Virus record (IMG/VR): IMGVR_UViG_3300045541_000260
Coordinates: 5,929-69,928 of that record
Length of the DNA: 64,000 nucleotides
Strand: one strand, 5' to 3'
Source of the DNA: a virus
Shown here: in pieces, positions 44,919 through 55,056 of the stretch
Layout: each line of letters starts with the position of its first letter
Numbering within the stretch: position 1 is the stretch's first letter
Notes under the pieces: model-generated
Seen by the model: the letters and a program-made list of their open reading frames with translations, nothing else
What the model was told of the DNA's origin: nothing
Databases searched by the model: none
Translations under genes and position numbers: made by a program

Positions 44919-45806
44919 ATGTCGTGGTTTAAAATTGAAAACAATGTAATTGATTTTCGATCTAAGAATAAATTTATCAATAGCATTGATGCGGCCGAGT
45001 TAACAATAAAGGGGATAGTAAAAAACTATCCCCCACCTTATCGACTAATGGTCAGTGGCGGTGTTGATAGTCAGGCAATGCTATGGGCTTGGAAACAATT
45101 TGGAAAAGACTATATTCCCACTAGTGTAGTTTATAGCAACAACTATAACGAACACGACTTAGTCACCCTTAAAGAATTTGCTCTCAGAGAGAATATTTCG
45201 ATTGAATATATCGAGTTTGATCCTATAAGTTTTTATCAAAATAAATTTGAAGATATAGCCAATCGATTTCGTTGCACTAGCCCCCAATTTGCAACTCATT
45301 TGGGATTCATCGAAAACTTGAACGGCACAAAAATTTTTAGCGGCGATCGTTTATTGTATGGACGAGCTATTGTTCATCATAATAATTTGTGTGTATATCG
45401 CGCTGCTCAGGAATGGGACATTGTTCCATATTTTTTTATTCACACTCCCGAACTTGCGTATAGTTTGTGGTACGATAAGAAAAGTCGCCTGAGCGGACAA
45501 ACTCGCGAAGAAATGTATATAGAAAAAGTAAATGATTGGCAAGACAGTGGATTTCCAGTAATTCCTCAGCTTGAAAAATATACAGGTTTTGAAAAAATAA
45601 AAGAATATTATCAGCAAAATTTCAGACATGTTCTTACTCCATTGGTTAGATTAAAATACACACACTATACAACAATGGAGCCAGTTATATATGATGTGCT
45701 ATTTCGACATCCTTACGAAAAGAAATTTGGCACACCTTCTTTTAAACATATTTTAAATGTAATCGGCGGCAATGCAGATGATTATATTGCAATTGAACAC
45801 GTATAA
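44919..45806 (+). CDS. PP-loop adenine nucleotide alpha-hydrolase family protein
   Basis: VSGGVDSQ; KYTGFEK. Confidence 0.6.
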   Translation: MSWFKIENNVIDFRSKNKFINSIDAAELTIKGIVKNYPPPYRLMVSGGVDSQAMLWAWKQFGKDYIPTSVVYSNNYNEHDLVTLKEFALRENISIEYIEFDPISFYQNKFEDIANRFRCTSPQFATHLGFIENLNGTKIFSGDRLLYGRAIVHHNNLCVYRAAQEWDIVPYFFIHTPELAYSLWYDKKSRLSGQTREEMYIEKVNDWQDSGFPVIPQLEKYTGFEKIKEYYQQNFRHVLTPLVRLKYTHYTTMEPVIYDVLFRHPYEKKFGTPSFKHILNVIGGNADDYIAIEHV

Positions 45807-45820
45807 TCAGTTTACTACCA

Positions 45821-46360
45821 ATGGCAATAGTACATCATGTCAAAAAAATTTTATTCATTCATATACCAAAAAATGCAGGTGCAAGCATTAGCAAGTGGTT
45901 ACTGGAATATGGAGCCGTTAAAGTAGATAGCATAAGACACAGCTCGTTACAAGTTAGTGATTTTAAAAACAGTTATTATAGTTTTTGTGTTATAAGAAAT
46001 CCATGGGACAGAATAGTTAGTTTGTATCATTATGCCATGAAAGTTAATAATGAAACTATTGATTTTAATAAATGGCTTAAGAAAAATTATCATTTTAGTC
46101 GACACTGGTATTCAGTTTCGACTTGCCAAGTCGAATGGATACAACACGAACCTAATTTGATTATTCGTTACGAAAATTTAGGCAACGAGTTTGAAGTAAT
46201 CCGTAGTAAGTTTAATTCAACTATGCCTTTGCCAACAATTAATAAAACTGTGCATCAACATTATTCAACTTACTATGACGATTGGAGTAAAAATTTTGTC
46301 GGCGAGCTTTATCTTAAAGACATCGAGCGATTTAATTATCAGTTCACTGCAAATAAATAA
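45821..46360 (+). CDS. sulfotransferase family 2 protein
   Basis: FIHIPKNAGASI, RNPWDRIVS.Y. Confidence 0.85.
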   Translation: MAIVHHVKKILFIHIPKNAGASISKWLLEYGAVKVDSIRHSSLQVSDFKNSYYSFCVIRNPWDRIVSLYHYAMKVNNETIDFNKWLKKNYHFSRHWYSVSTCQVEWIQHEPNLIIRYENLGNEFEVIRSKFNSTMPLPTINKTVHQHYSTYYDDWSKNFVGELYLKDIERFNYQFTANK

Positions 46361-46363
46361 TTT

Positions 46364-46442
46364 CGCGGAGTAGAGGAGCCCAGTCGTCCTCGCCAGTCTC
46401 ATAAGCTGGAGATCGCAGGTGCGAATCCTGCCTCCGCAACCA
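46364..46442 (+). tRNA. initiator-type tRNA-fMet(CAU), atypical
   Basis: C1:A72 mismatch; anticodon stem CCAGT/GCTGG lacks three G-C pairs; T-loop TGCGAAT. Confidence 0.85.
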
Positions 46443-46498
46443 AATCGGTAAAACAAAATATAGATTTTAATTTATAATGTCTATATAATACAGATAAT

Positions 46499-46573
46499 GC
46501 GGGTGTAACTCAGTGGTAGAGTGTCAGCCTTCCAAGCTGTTCGTCGCAGGTTCGATCCCTGTCACCCGCTCCA
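46499..46573 (+). tRNA. tRNA-Gly(UCC)
   Basis: cloverleaf, TCCA. Confidence 0.95.
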
Positions 46574-46579
46574 ATAACA

Positions 46580-47095
46580 ATGAAAGTATCTATCACAGGA
46601 CATACTCGTGGCATCGGCCGCCAGCTATACAATTATTTTTCCAAAGACAGTAATGTAGTTGGATTTAGCAAGTCAACAGGATACAATATTTCTAGTAATC
46701 ATGATCGTTTGCGTATTGTCGACGAGTCTGTAGACTGTGATGTTTTTGTAAACAATGCTTACAGCGATCAGTATCCCGATTCGCAATTAGAATTATTAAA
46801 GCTGATTCACAGTCGATGGGCCAGCACTGATAAAATTATTATTAATATATCCAGCAGATTTACCGAAGGCGATAATGTATACGCTAAATCTAAAAAAGAT
46901 TTGGATAACTTTTGTTTGACACATTCGCGAGATTCAGTGTATATTATTAACTTGAAGCCAGGCTTAACAGATACTCTTAGAGTAAGCAATCAGTCTGGCA
47001 ACAAAATGCATACCAAAGACATTATTAGTACATTAGATTTTATTTTGGTAAACAAAAATAATTTTCGAGTGCATAATATCAGTTTTGGATTATAA
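46580..47095 (+). CDS. short-chain dehydrogenase/reductase
   Basis: TGHTRGIG, NNA, YAKSK. Confidence 0.8.
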   Translation: MKVSITGHTRGIGRQLYNYFSKDSNVVGFSKSTGYNISSNHDRLRIVDESVDCDVFVNNAYSDQYPDSQLELLKLIHSRWASTDKIIINISSRFTEGDNVYAKSKKDLDNFCLTHSRDSVYIINLKPGLTDTLRVSNQSGNKMHTKDIISTLDFILVNKNNFRVHNISFGL

Positions 47096-47106
47096 ATAAA
47101 ATCATC

Positions 47107-47182
47107 GGGGGATTAGCTCAGCTGGGAGAGCAGTAGCTTTGCAAGCTAAAGGTCATCGGTTCGATCCCGTTATCCTCCACCA
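47107..47182 (+). tRNA. tRNA-Ala(UGC)
   Basis: cloverleaf, G3:U70, CCA. Confidence 0.95.
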
Positions 47183-47189
47183 ATAAAAC

Positions 47190-47885
47190 ATGGCAATAGA
47201 ACTCGTCGATTTGATTTACAGAAAGAAAAATGCTTTGACAAAAGATGAAGCATATTTTCTTATCGAAGAATATCAAAGACTGGACAATACGCATCAATTG
47301 GAACATTGTCCGCATGCTATAACAGGCATAGATACTTTTTCGTCTTTTAAGCGTGTAGAATTAACGCAAGGAACAGAAGCGTTCGATTTAGTATTCAAGG
47401 CCAATGAAAATCTTATAAATGAATATTTGGATTACCTAGACGGCTTTGAGATGTTTCATACTCTTATAAGAACGACCATGACTTATAGTCATATGTATAG
47501 ACTGCTCAAGTATGAAAAAGGAGCTAAAATACATCCTCATACTGATCATAGCCCTTTTATCTACGGCAGTGCAACATTTAATTTAAACGACAATTATACT
47601 GGCGGAGATTTTGTCTTTTGGAGAGGGAAACACAGAGTAAAGCTCGAAGCCTGCGAAGCAATGATTTGGCCTGCAGATCATTTCTGGATACATGAAGTTG
47701 AAGAAATTACTTCGGGAGTGAGATATTCAACCAATAGCTTTTTACAAAGTGTTGCTGATCCGCTAAGAGAAGCAGCAATGAATTTTGTTGAAAAGAAAAT
47801 AGAACAATCAAAATTAATACCAATTCAACGAGAATACGAAAAAACACATAGATATAAGATTAAAAAACCGCAAACAAATAACTAA
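47190..47885 (+). CDS. prolyl-hydroxylase-like 2OG-Fe(II) oxygenase
   Basis: LLKY, HTD, LNDNYTGG, HEV..ITSG.RYS. Confidence 0.82.
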   Translation: MAIELVDLIYRKKNALTKDEAYFLIEEYQRLDNTHQLEHCPHAITGIDTFSSFKRVELTQGTEAFDLVFKANENLINEYLDYLDGFEMFHTLIRTTMTYSHMYRLLKYEKGAKIHPHTDHSPFIYGSATFNLNDNYTGGDFVFWRGKHRVKLEACEAMIWPADHFWIHEVEEITSGVRYSTNSFLQSVADPLREAAMNFVEKKIEQSKLIPIQREYEKTHRYKIKKPQTNN

Positions 47886-48038
47886 GAAAGGAGACCACGA
47901 TGGCAGAAGCAGGAAAAGGCAGTAAACCAAGACCGTACAGTGTTAGTCATGATGAATGGTCTCAGCGATGGGACGCAATATTTGGTCGCGATTTAGAAAA
48001 CAAAAAAGAAGACAGCGAAAAGAAAGAAGAGGCAGAGG

Positions 48039-48476
48039 ATGTTGTATCTGATCAAAGAAGCAGCTGATAATCTTATTAAGTTTCTAACCGAAGATCCAGT
48101 ACGGCCGCACATTCCGCAATGTGATCGCATTGGAGAAAACAAGGACATTTTTGTATTGAGAGAGGACGACAAGGTTAATGCTATTACTTGTGTCAGCTAT
48201 CAAAGCTCTGTTCCGGAAAATGAATCTGGATTATTTGAAAAATGCAATGAACCCAATGTTGCCGTTTTTTACACAATCTGGAGTTATCAGCCCGGAGCAG
48301 GTAGACAATTAATTTTAGATAGTGTAAAATATATACAAGAAACAAATAAAAACATCACTAGGTTCGTAACACTTAGCCCAAAAACAGAAATGGCTAAGAG
48401 GTTTCATCTTAAGAATGGTGCAGTTATTTTTAGAGAGAACGAAGAGTCGGTCAATTACGAATACCAGGAAGTTTAG
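48039..48476 (+). CDS. hypothetical protein (GNAT-like), last codons overlap tRNA-Val
   Basis: DPVRPHI, FYTIWSY..GAG, TLSPKT.MA..FHL.NGA. Confidence 0.6.
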   Translation: MLYLIKEAADNLIKFLTEDPVRPHIPQCDRIGENKDIFVLREDDKVNAITCVSYQSSVPENESGLFEKCNEPNVAVFYTIWSYQPGAGRQLILDSVKYIQETNKNITRFVTLSPKTEMAKRFHLKNGAVIFRENEESVNYEYQEV

Positions 48477-48542
48477 CTCAGTTGGTAGAGCGTCGCCCTT
48501 ACAAGGCGAATGTCGGCGGTTCGAACCCGTCAACTTCCACCA
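48467..48542 (+). tRNA. tRNA-Val(UAC)
   Basis: cloverleaf, CCA. Confidence 0.95.
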
Positions 48543-48551
48543 AATTTTACA

Positions 48552-49172
48552 ATGAAGAGAAACAAAATACTTGCAACGGAGTTTTATGAATTTCAATGCC
48601 CTGAAGATTTGTTTAATTTAGTTTTAGCCGAGATTCCAACTTTACAGTTTAACAAAGATCCATCGAATTACAGCACTGGGTATTATTACAACGAAGAACT
48701 TTTTTCTTGGTTCAACGAATGTTTAGATGTAGTTGCCAAAGAGTTGTTAGCAGAAAATCTAAAGTTTGAAATTTCAAACTGCTGGCTTAATAAAGCATAT
48801 AAGTCACAAAAAACTCCCCTGCATCTTCATCCACAGTCCATACTAAGTTCAGTTATGTATTTTGCAGACAGTGAAAGTGGTAGAACTATTTTTAAATCTC
48901 TGAATCCATGGTACAAAGTTCAAAATGAACATTTTTTGCACTTGACAAACGACAGAAGAAAGTTATACAATACTGATGAAATAAAACCCCAAGCAGGAAA
49001 ATTAGTACTTTTTCCCAGCACAGTGTTTCATGAAGTTAGTGTTTATACAGGAAATGATCCAAGATACACATTATCGTTTAATGCGTTTGTAACCGGTGAA
49101 TTCCATGATCCGAATCATAATGCTGTAACAGATTATTTGAATATTAAAACTTTATTTCCTTATAATAAATAG
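48552..49172 (+). CDS. 2OG-Fe(II) oxygenase (TIGR02466-like)
   Basis: W.N, H.HP.S.LS, FPS...H.V, RYTLSFN. Confidence 0.8.
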   Translation: MKRNKILATEFYEFQCPEDLFNLVLAEIPTLQFNKDPSNYSTGYYYNEELFSWFNECLDVVAKELLAENLKFEISNCWLNKAYKSQKTPLHLHPQSILSSVMYFADSESGRTIFKSLNPWYKVQNEHFLHLTNDRRKLYNTDEIKPQAGKLVLFPSTVFHEVSVYTGNDPRYTLSFNAFVTGEFHDPNHNAVTDYLNIKTLFPYNK

Positions 49173-49181
49173 ATTACAAAT

Positions 49182-49259
49182 CGGGGTGTAGCGCAGTCTG
49201 GTTAGCGCATCTGCTTTGGGAGCAGAGGGTCGTGAGTTCGAATCCCACCACCCCGACCA
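49182..49259 (+). tRNA. tRNA-Pro(UGG)
   Basis: cloverleaf, CCA. Confidence 0.95.
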
Positions 49260-49639
49260 TTTATATAAAGACTATGATTAAAGTCAACGATTGGGTAGAA
49301 GTATTACAAGAAAATTTACGACCTTACAAGCCAACAGCTTCTGTAGCACACTTTGGCCGGGTAGTAAAGACTAGCAAAACCAGTTCCCAAGTAGTTATAG
49401 AGGTGTGGGGACGACACGATTCTTTTACTAACTATTTTCCGTTGAAGTTTAATAATAGTCGTTTACGAGTTGTAGGAGCATAATTATGCCATTATACGAA
49501 ACTACCGTTCGTACACCACAGGGCGAAGAAAAGAAACAAGTCTACGCTAGTACGCCGCAGGAAGCCAAAAAACTTTTTGAACAACTATATGGCGGTCCAA
49601 GAGCAGTTCCTTATATTCCCAAAGTCGTTCCTAGTTAAA

Positions 49640-50230
49640 ATGAACCTCAGTAAAAGCCCGCAGCGTCATAGTTTTCAAAAAGAACGGTACCTAGAACGCT
49701 GTCAAAAAGAGGGTAAAGAACCTAGTCATGATTATCTTGCTATGTTCGATGACATCATTGACGAAGAAGAAAAAAAGTTTACCGATCCTGCCAGCCGTGA
49801 AAACAGCATGGAGTGGGATCTGCGGACTACAGACTGGATTCTAGACAAAGTTCGAGCCAGCGAGTCTTACGCACAGAACCTTTATGCGGCTATGTGTAAT
49901 AACGATTTTAGAAAACTCGCTCAACATACTCATGAAGATATGGTTCGAGCCTTGGCCGATAACTTGCCCACTTGGGGTTGTAGTTGGCGCTATGCTGGCG
50001 GTATCATTGCCGACATGCGTCGGGAGGGTGATTATATTGATTGGTACTGTAGCGGTATTAGAGACAGAGATCCACCCATCGATGAAGAAGAGCAAAAGTG
50101 GACAGAAGAACAAAAACTAAAATGGGAAACTATCTATAAAAACTACGTGGCAGAAAGTTTTGTAACGGATGAGATTCGCCAAGACTTGCACAAGTTAGGT
50201 TGGGAAGTTTTAGAAGACGATTCACAGTAA
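49640..50230 (+). CDS. hypothetical phage protein
   Basis: YAQNLYAAMCNN, SWRYAGGIIADMR..GDYIDWYCSG. Confidence 0.7.
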   Translation: MNLSKSPQRHSFQKERYLERCQKEGKEPSHDYLAMFDDIIDEEEKKFTDPASRENSMEWDLRTTDWILDKVRASESYAQNLYAAMCNNDFRKLAQHTHEDMVRALADNLPTWGCSWRYAGGIIADMRREGDYIDWYCSGIRDRDPPIDEEEQKWTEEQKLKWETIYKNYVAESFVTDEIRQDLHKLGWEVLEDDSQ

Positions 50231-50662
50231 TTTTTTACAGTAAGCATTGACATCCAATTCACTGTCATGCCATTCACTTGCTAATTCAAAGCCAGCTGCC
50301 GCATAAGTGCGCCAGCTGCTTTTTTTTGGGTAACTCCAGATAAAATCACAACCTTCTTCGTTGGCTTGACTAATTGTGGCCAATAGCAATTTTCGACCTA
50401 TACCAAGATTTCTATATTCGGGCATTACATATAGTCCTCGACTACGATAAGAGTTGTCATGACAACGATGGCCGCTGTTTACTGCTATGATGTTATTGTC
50501 ATCTAAATAGCCAAAAAATGTCGCCGGGTACTGCTTGTTTTTAATATCATAGCCGCCAAGAAATATCATCGAACTATGACTTTCAATTGGACTGGTTCTT
50601 GTGGGCCAAAGATTATTTTTCCAAATTGTAAAGATATCTTCGTAGGATATTTTAGTGATCAT
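50222..50662 (-). CDS. GNAT acetyltransferase
   Basis: RGLYV.PEYR..GIG..LL; Y...GF. Confidence 0.8.
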   Translation of the reverse strand: MITKISYEDIFTIWKNNLWPTRTSPIESHSSMIFLGGYDIKNKQYPATFFGYLDDNNIIAVNSGHRCHDNSYRSRGLYVMPEYRNLGIGRKLLLATISQANEEGCDFIWSYPKKSSWRTYAAAGFELASEWHDSELDVNAYCKKLL

Positions 50663-50693
50663 GATTTTATTTATGGGGTGAATAAATATATTC

Positions 50694-51251
50694 ATGGCAA
50701 GGTTTAAACAGCATAAGAAAAACTTTCCTGGCTTTCATTACATTGAAAAAGAAGTGTTTGATGCCATTAGTCGAAGCGGTAATTGGCTATACGAAGACAT
50801 CGGATCTAACGAATCTAACCAGATCATGATACAGTGCATGGATCATGAAAAAGAAGATTGGTTCACTGGCACGGGAACTGCTCCATTTAATGACAGCACA
50901 CGTTGGTCTCGACAGTTTTGTTGTCTTCAACCCAGCCTAAAAGGAACAGCCATTGAAGATTATATTCATTGGTTGGAATTACCAATTTATAGGACAAGAA
51001 TCATGGTCATGAGACCGAAAACAGCATACAGTGTTCATTTTGATAGTAGCCCTCGAATTCATTTGCCTGTTACAACAAACAAGCATTGTTTCTTTATTTT
51101 TAAAGATCTAGCCGAGCTAATTCATATGCCAGCAGATGGCAGCTCTTATGCAGTAGACACTAGAGAAACGCATTCATTTATGAATGGCGGGGATGACATC
51201 AGAATACATATTGTATCTGCAATTGATAATAATATATGGGAACAAATATGA
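50694..51251 (+). CDS. Asp/Pro hydroxylase-like 2OG oxygenase
   Basis: YS.HFD..RIHLP..TN; HSFMNGG...RIH. Confidence 0.7.
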   Translation: MARFKQHKKNFPGFHYIEKEVFDAISRSGNWLYEDIGSNESNQIMIQCMDHEKEDWFTGTGTAPFNDSTRWSRQFCCLQPSLKGTAIEDYIHWLELPIYRTRIMVMRPKTAYSVHFDSSPRIHLPVTTNKHCFFIFKDLAELIHMPADGSSYAVDTRETHSFMNGGDDIRIHIVSAIDNNIWEQI

Positions 51252-51571
51252 TTACTATTACCGATATGGCAAACGCCAAAGTCTCGGAGATAATTGCCGA
51301 AGAAAATAATCTAAATTTAAAACTGCGAGTATTTGTTCAGGGAGGCGGCTGTAGTGGCATGCAGTATGGATTCATGTTTGACGAAGAAACTAACGAAGAC
51401 GATTTTGTTATCGAACTTAGCGGCATGGTCTATCTAGTTGATTCGTTGAGTATGCAATACTTAGAAGGCGCCACGATAGATTACAAAGAATCCTTCGAAG
51501 GTAACAGCTTTGTAATCAGCAATCCTAACGCCGAAACAACTTGTGGCTGTGGATCTAGTTTTAGCGTATAA
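51248..51571 (+). CDS. erpA: iron-sulfur cluster insertion protein
   Basis: [30 protein letters not shown]. Confidence 0.9.
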   Translation: MITITDMANAKVSEIIAEENNLNLKLRVFVQGGGCSGMQYGFMFDEETNEDDFVIELSGMVYLVDSLSMQYLEGATIDYKESFEGNSFVISNPNAETTCGCGSSFSV

Positions 51572-52174
51572 TATGAAACTGTTTACTGATACTTTTAAAC
51601 TCTATGCTTATAAAAATCGTGACAGATGCGATCTAAGTATTAGATTAAATGATTCGATGGTCATGACTTTTAAACTCACACATGAAGAGTTTAGAAAAAT
51701 AATAACCGAATATACTACCAACGATCCAGCAAATGATCGTTATGGAGTTCAATTCACCAGTCAAGCTGGCCAGTTTTGGTTTGTTATGAACAAGCAACAC
51801 TTTCAAGCGGTCAGAATTACAATCGGCAATCATGGAGTTGATTTTAATTTTAGAATAAATTATACTGACTGGGATCTACTCAAAGTTGAGTATGAAAATC
51901 AAATGTCTAACATAATGCCATGGGATTAGTTAGTAAAATTACCGAAGCAGTTATCTACGAAAGCCCGGATGGTGGCGAAACCATTTATGTTCGTAAGAGT
52001 GGAGAACCTCCCAATATGCGCCAACTACACAGCGAAAGCGATGTTGCCATGGCCTTGCGTAAGAAAGTTCATGATGAGGAACTTTGGTCAAATATACGCC
52101 TAGCTGCAAAGTCCAATCCTACACTACAGCGGGCCCTAGACGAAGCCATAATGATTTATAACTTGTCAAAATAA

Positions 52175-52203
52175 TTGACACAAAATACACAATCCATTAT
52201 AAT
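52175..52203 (+). promoter_or_regulatory. sigma70-type promoter
   Basis: TTGACACAAAAT...TATAAT. Confidence 0.8.
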
Positions 52204-52236
52204 TACAGCATCATTACCTATAACCATGGAGTTTGT

Positions 52237-52629
52237 ATGACTATGCATTTGGAAGGTCCTTGGCTTAGCACTACTGGCAAGCGTCGGGGCAAACAGAAGT
52301 TTCGTACAGCCGCAGAAGCCCGTAAAGCTCGTGAGCTAGCTGAACAGTGGGAAGCAAAGCAAAGGGAGTGGGCCAATTTTAAACCCTTTAGCGGGCAATC
52401 TAGCAAGTCTGTGAAGCCTGTACAAAAACACAGTAGTCAGTCTGTTACCCGAGATGCCAGCAAGATTCCCAGTCTTAATGGCGGCATTGACATGACTCCT
52501 GCTTTTAAAACTCCGGAAAAGGTTTATACTGGTACTAAGATAATTGGCATTGGCACCATGCACAAGAGCAATGCCGTACCTATCTTCAGCGACGACGAAG
52601 CAAAAGAAATTTCCAGTATGCGTAGGTAA
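52237..52629 (+). CDS. hypothetical basic phage protein
   Basis: YTG...GIGTMHKSNAVP.F..A..IS.MRR. Confidence 0.7.
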   Translation: MTMHLEGPWLSTTGKRRGKQKFRTAAEARKARELAEQWEAKQREWANFKPFSGQSSKSVKPVQKHSSQSVTRDASKIPSLNGGIDMTPAFKTPEKVYTGTKIIGIGTMHKSNAVPIFSDDEAKEISSMRR

Positions 52630-52799
52630 ATATTGCATTATGTTATTACCTATGTCGAAATGGGTGCTACACTGCACCAACCCCGAATGCGGATACTTTG
52701 CTGAACAACATACATTTGAGCCCGATGTAATTTGTAAACGGTGCGGCAGTTTCGTTGAAGTCAACGAAAAAATAACTTTTAAGGAACAAGAAGAAAACA

Positions 52800-53123
52800 A
52801 TGACCTACGTAGTAACTGAAAATTGTATCAAGTGTAAATACACTGATTGTGTTACTGTTTGCCCAGTCGATTGCTTTGTGGAAGGTCCAAACTTTTTGGC
52901 TATCAATCCCGACGAATGTATCGACTGTGCAGTTTGCGTTCCAGAATGTCCGGCTAATGCCATCTACGCTGACAACGATTTGCCCGAAGATCAAAAAGTC
53001 TTTTTGCAGATTAACGCAGACTTAGCCAAAGCATGGAAACCAATTACAAAACGCAAAGAACCTCTGCCAGATGCAGATACTTGGAAAGACAAGCCCAACA
53101 AGCGAGATCTACTAGAAAGGTAA
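52800..53123 (+). CDS. fdxA: 7Fe ferredoxin
   Basis: [27 protein letters not shown]...I.PDECIDC..C.PECP. Confidence 0.92.
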   Translation: MTYVVTENCIKCKYTDCVTVCPVDCFVEGPNFLAINPDECIDCAVCVPECPANAIYADNDLPEDQKVFLQINADLAKAWKPITKRKEPLPDADTWKDKPNKRDLLER

Positions 53124-53127
53124 TAAA

Positions 53128-53802
53128 ATGTACGCAACAATGACCTATCGTTCTGCCAGTGAAATTAACAGCGCCATGGGCCGTGTTTATGGCCATATGA
53201 GTCTGGCAGTAATTACTTCGATGATTGTCAGTTACTTCGTCGGAACAACACCAGCCTTGCTGGAATTTTTCTTTACAGGCATAATGAAATGGATTGTAAT
53301 TTTTGCACCATTGGTTGCTATTTTTGCCATAGCATTTCTCATGGAGAAGGTTGGTAAAGCGGGTGCTCAATTAATGTTGCATGGATTTGCCGCACTAATG
53401 GGACTGAGTTTTGCTACCATTTTTGCTGTATATCAAATGGGATCCATTGTGTCGGCATTTATGGGTTCGGCAATCCTATTTGGAGTAATGAGTTTTTATG
53501 GATACTTTACTAAAAGGGATCTTACTAGCGTTGGCCAGTTTATGTTCGTTGGCCTTATTGCTATTATTATTGCCAGTATTGTTAATATCTTTATTGGCAG
53601 TAGCGTTTTTGCCACTGTCATTAGTGCATTGGCTATTATCATCTTCCTCGGACTGACTGCTTATGACACACAAAAGATTCGCGAAGAAGTCAGCGTAGAA
53701 ACAGATGGTGTTGCTGAAGTTCGCGGAGCATTAACTCTATACATGGACTTTATTAACTTGTTTATCAACTTATTGCAAATTTTTGGTGGAAGAAAAGAAT
53801 GA
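53128..53802 (+). CDS. Bax inhibitor-1/YccA family membrane protein
   Basis: multi-TM; LTAYDTQKI, ALTLYMDFINLF. Confidence 0.9.
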   Translation: MYATMTYRSASEINSAMGRVYGHMSLAVITSMIVSYFVGTTPALLEFFFTGIMKWIVIFAPLVAIFAIAFLMEKVGKAGAQLMLHGFAALMGLSFATIFAVYQMGSIVSAFMGSAILFGVMSFYGYFTKRDLTSVGQFMFVGLIAIIIASIVNIFIGSSVFATVISALAIIIFLGLTAYDTQKIREEVSVETDGVAEVRGALTLYMDFINLFINLLQIFGGRKE

Positions 53803-54314
53803 GTATTCCCAGCGCAATTATTCCCGGATGTAAACTAAATGTAGGAATTTTATTTTTCATTGATGAAACTGGTGTTCATAATCATATAACTGTCAATGAA
53901 ATATTCCAAGAAGGACTAATAGTTGTTTTCGGGGGTCCTGCTCCTTTTAGTAGACTAGATACCGAACAGGCGATTCAATACGAAAAAGCCGGCCAAGAAT
54001 TAAAATCGCTAGGTATTGACAGAATCATCGGATTATACTGTCAAGATGCTTTTGTAATGAAGCAGTTTGCCAATCATGTCGAAAATTCCGCCGGCTGCTC
54101 CGATGTAGAATATTATGCCGATGGAGATGGAATATTTTTACTGTCTTATAATCTAGGCCACGATTTTACTAATTATGGTTTAAGTATGCGTAGTGAGCGT
54201 TGGTGCGCGGTAGTCGAGAATGGGGTGGTGGTTTGGTCTGATCATGACGACTATTCCGAAATTGATAAAACTCATGTTAATAAAGTTATAGAATGGATAA
54301 AAACATCGAGCTAG
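53799..54314 (+). CDS. redoxin (Prx5-like) lacking the canonical peroxidatic Cys
   Basis: QDAFVM, ADG.G, GL..RS.R....V.NG.V; PAPFSRLD in place of PGAFTPTC. Confidence 0.6.
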   Translation: MSIPSAIIPGCKLNVGILFFIDETGVHNHITVNEIFQEGLIVVFGGPAPFSRLDTEQAIQYEKAGQELKSLGIDRIIGLYCQDAFVMKQFANHVENSAGCSDVEYYADGDGIFLLSYNLGHDFTNYGLSMRSERWCAVVENGVVVWSDHDDYSEIDKTHVNKVIEWIKTSS

Positions 54315-54539
54315 TTCATTTAGTAGAATTAGTAGAAGAAATTGCCAGCGAAGATCCCATTGACTGGGCATTGCTAAGTGTAGACGAAAAAACGGCTACA
54401 TATCTCATTGCTAATAATTTATTAGAGCAGTACACTTCTGTGTGGCAAACAATGCCAGAATATGATAGAAATTTAATCATGCTGGCCACAATTACCAAAT
54501 TAGTAGTTGAAAACTTTGCACTAAATCTTCGAATTCAAA

Positions 54540-55055
54540 GTGAAAACAAAATTTAAAGAGCTTTACATTGATATAGCTCGTCGTGTGGCGGAACTAAGCT
54601 ATGCACAAAGACTTAAGGTAGGCGCTATAGTAGTCAAGGACGACCGCATCATCAGCATGGGCTATAATGGCATGCCAGCTGGTTGGGACAACGAGTGCGA
54701 AGATAAAGAATGGTGCAGTGCGGGCGGCTGGCTAAGTCCCGAAGAAATCGAAGAAGGCTGGCCTTATACGGGAAGATATGTCGATTCCGGCGGCCATGTC
54801 ATTGAAGGTCGCTATCGTTTAAAAACTAAACCCGAAGTGCTTCATGCCGAATCAAATGCTATTGCGAAATTAGCCAAGAGTAATGACAGTGGCGATGGCG
54901 CCGATTTATTTGTTACTCACAGTCCTTGTATCCAGTGTGCCAAGCTAATTTATCAGTCAGGTATTCGTCGTGTTTTTTATAGTGAAAACTATCGCGATGA
55001 TGATGGCATCAGATTCCTTAAGCAAAGCGATGTAGAAGTAGTCAAAGTCGAATAG
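54540..55055 (+). CDS. dCMP deaminase
   Basis: VGA, GYNG.P.G, HAESNAI, SPCIQC. Confidence 0.92.
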   Translation: MKTKFKELYIDIARRVAELSYAQRLKVGAIVVKDDRIISMGYNGMPAGWDNECEDKEWCSAGGWLSPEEIEEGWPYTGRYVDSGGHVIEGRYRLKTKPEVLHAESNAIAKLAKSNDSGDGADLFVTHSPCIQCAKLIYQSGIRRVFYSENYRDDDGIRFLKQSDVEVVKVE

Positions 55056-55056
55056 C

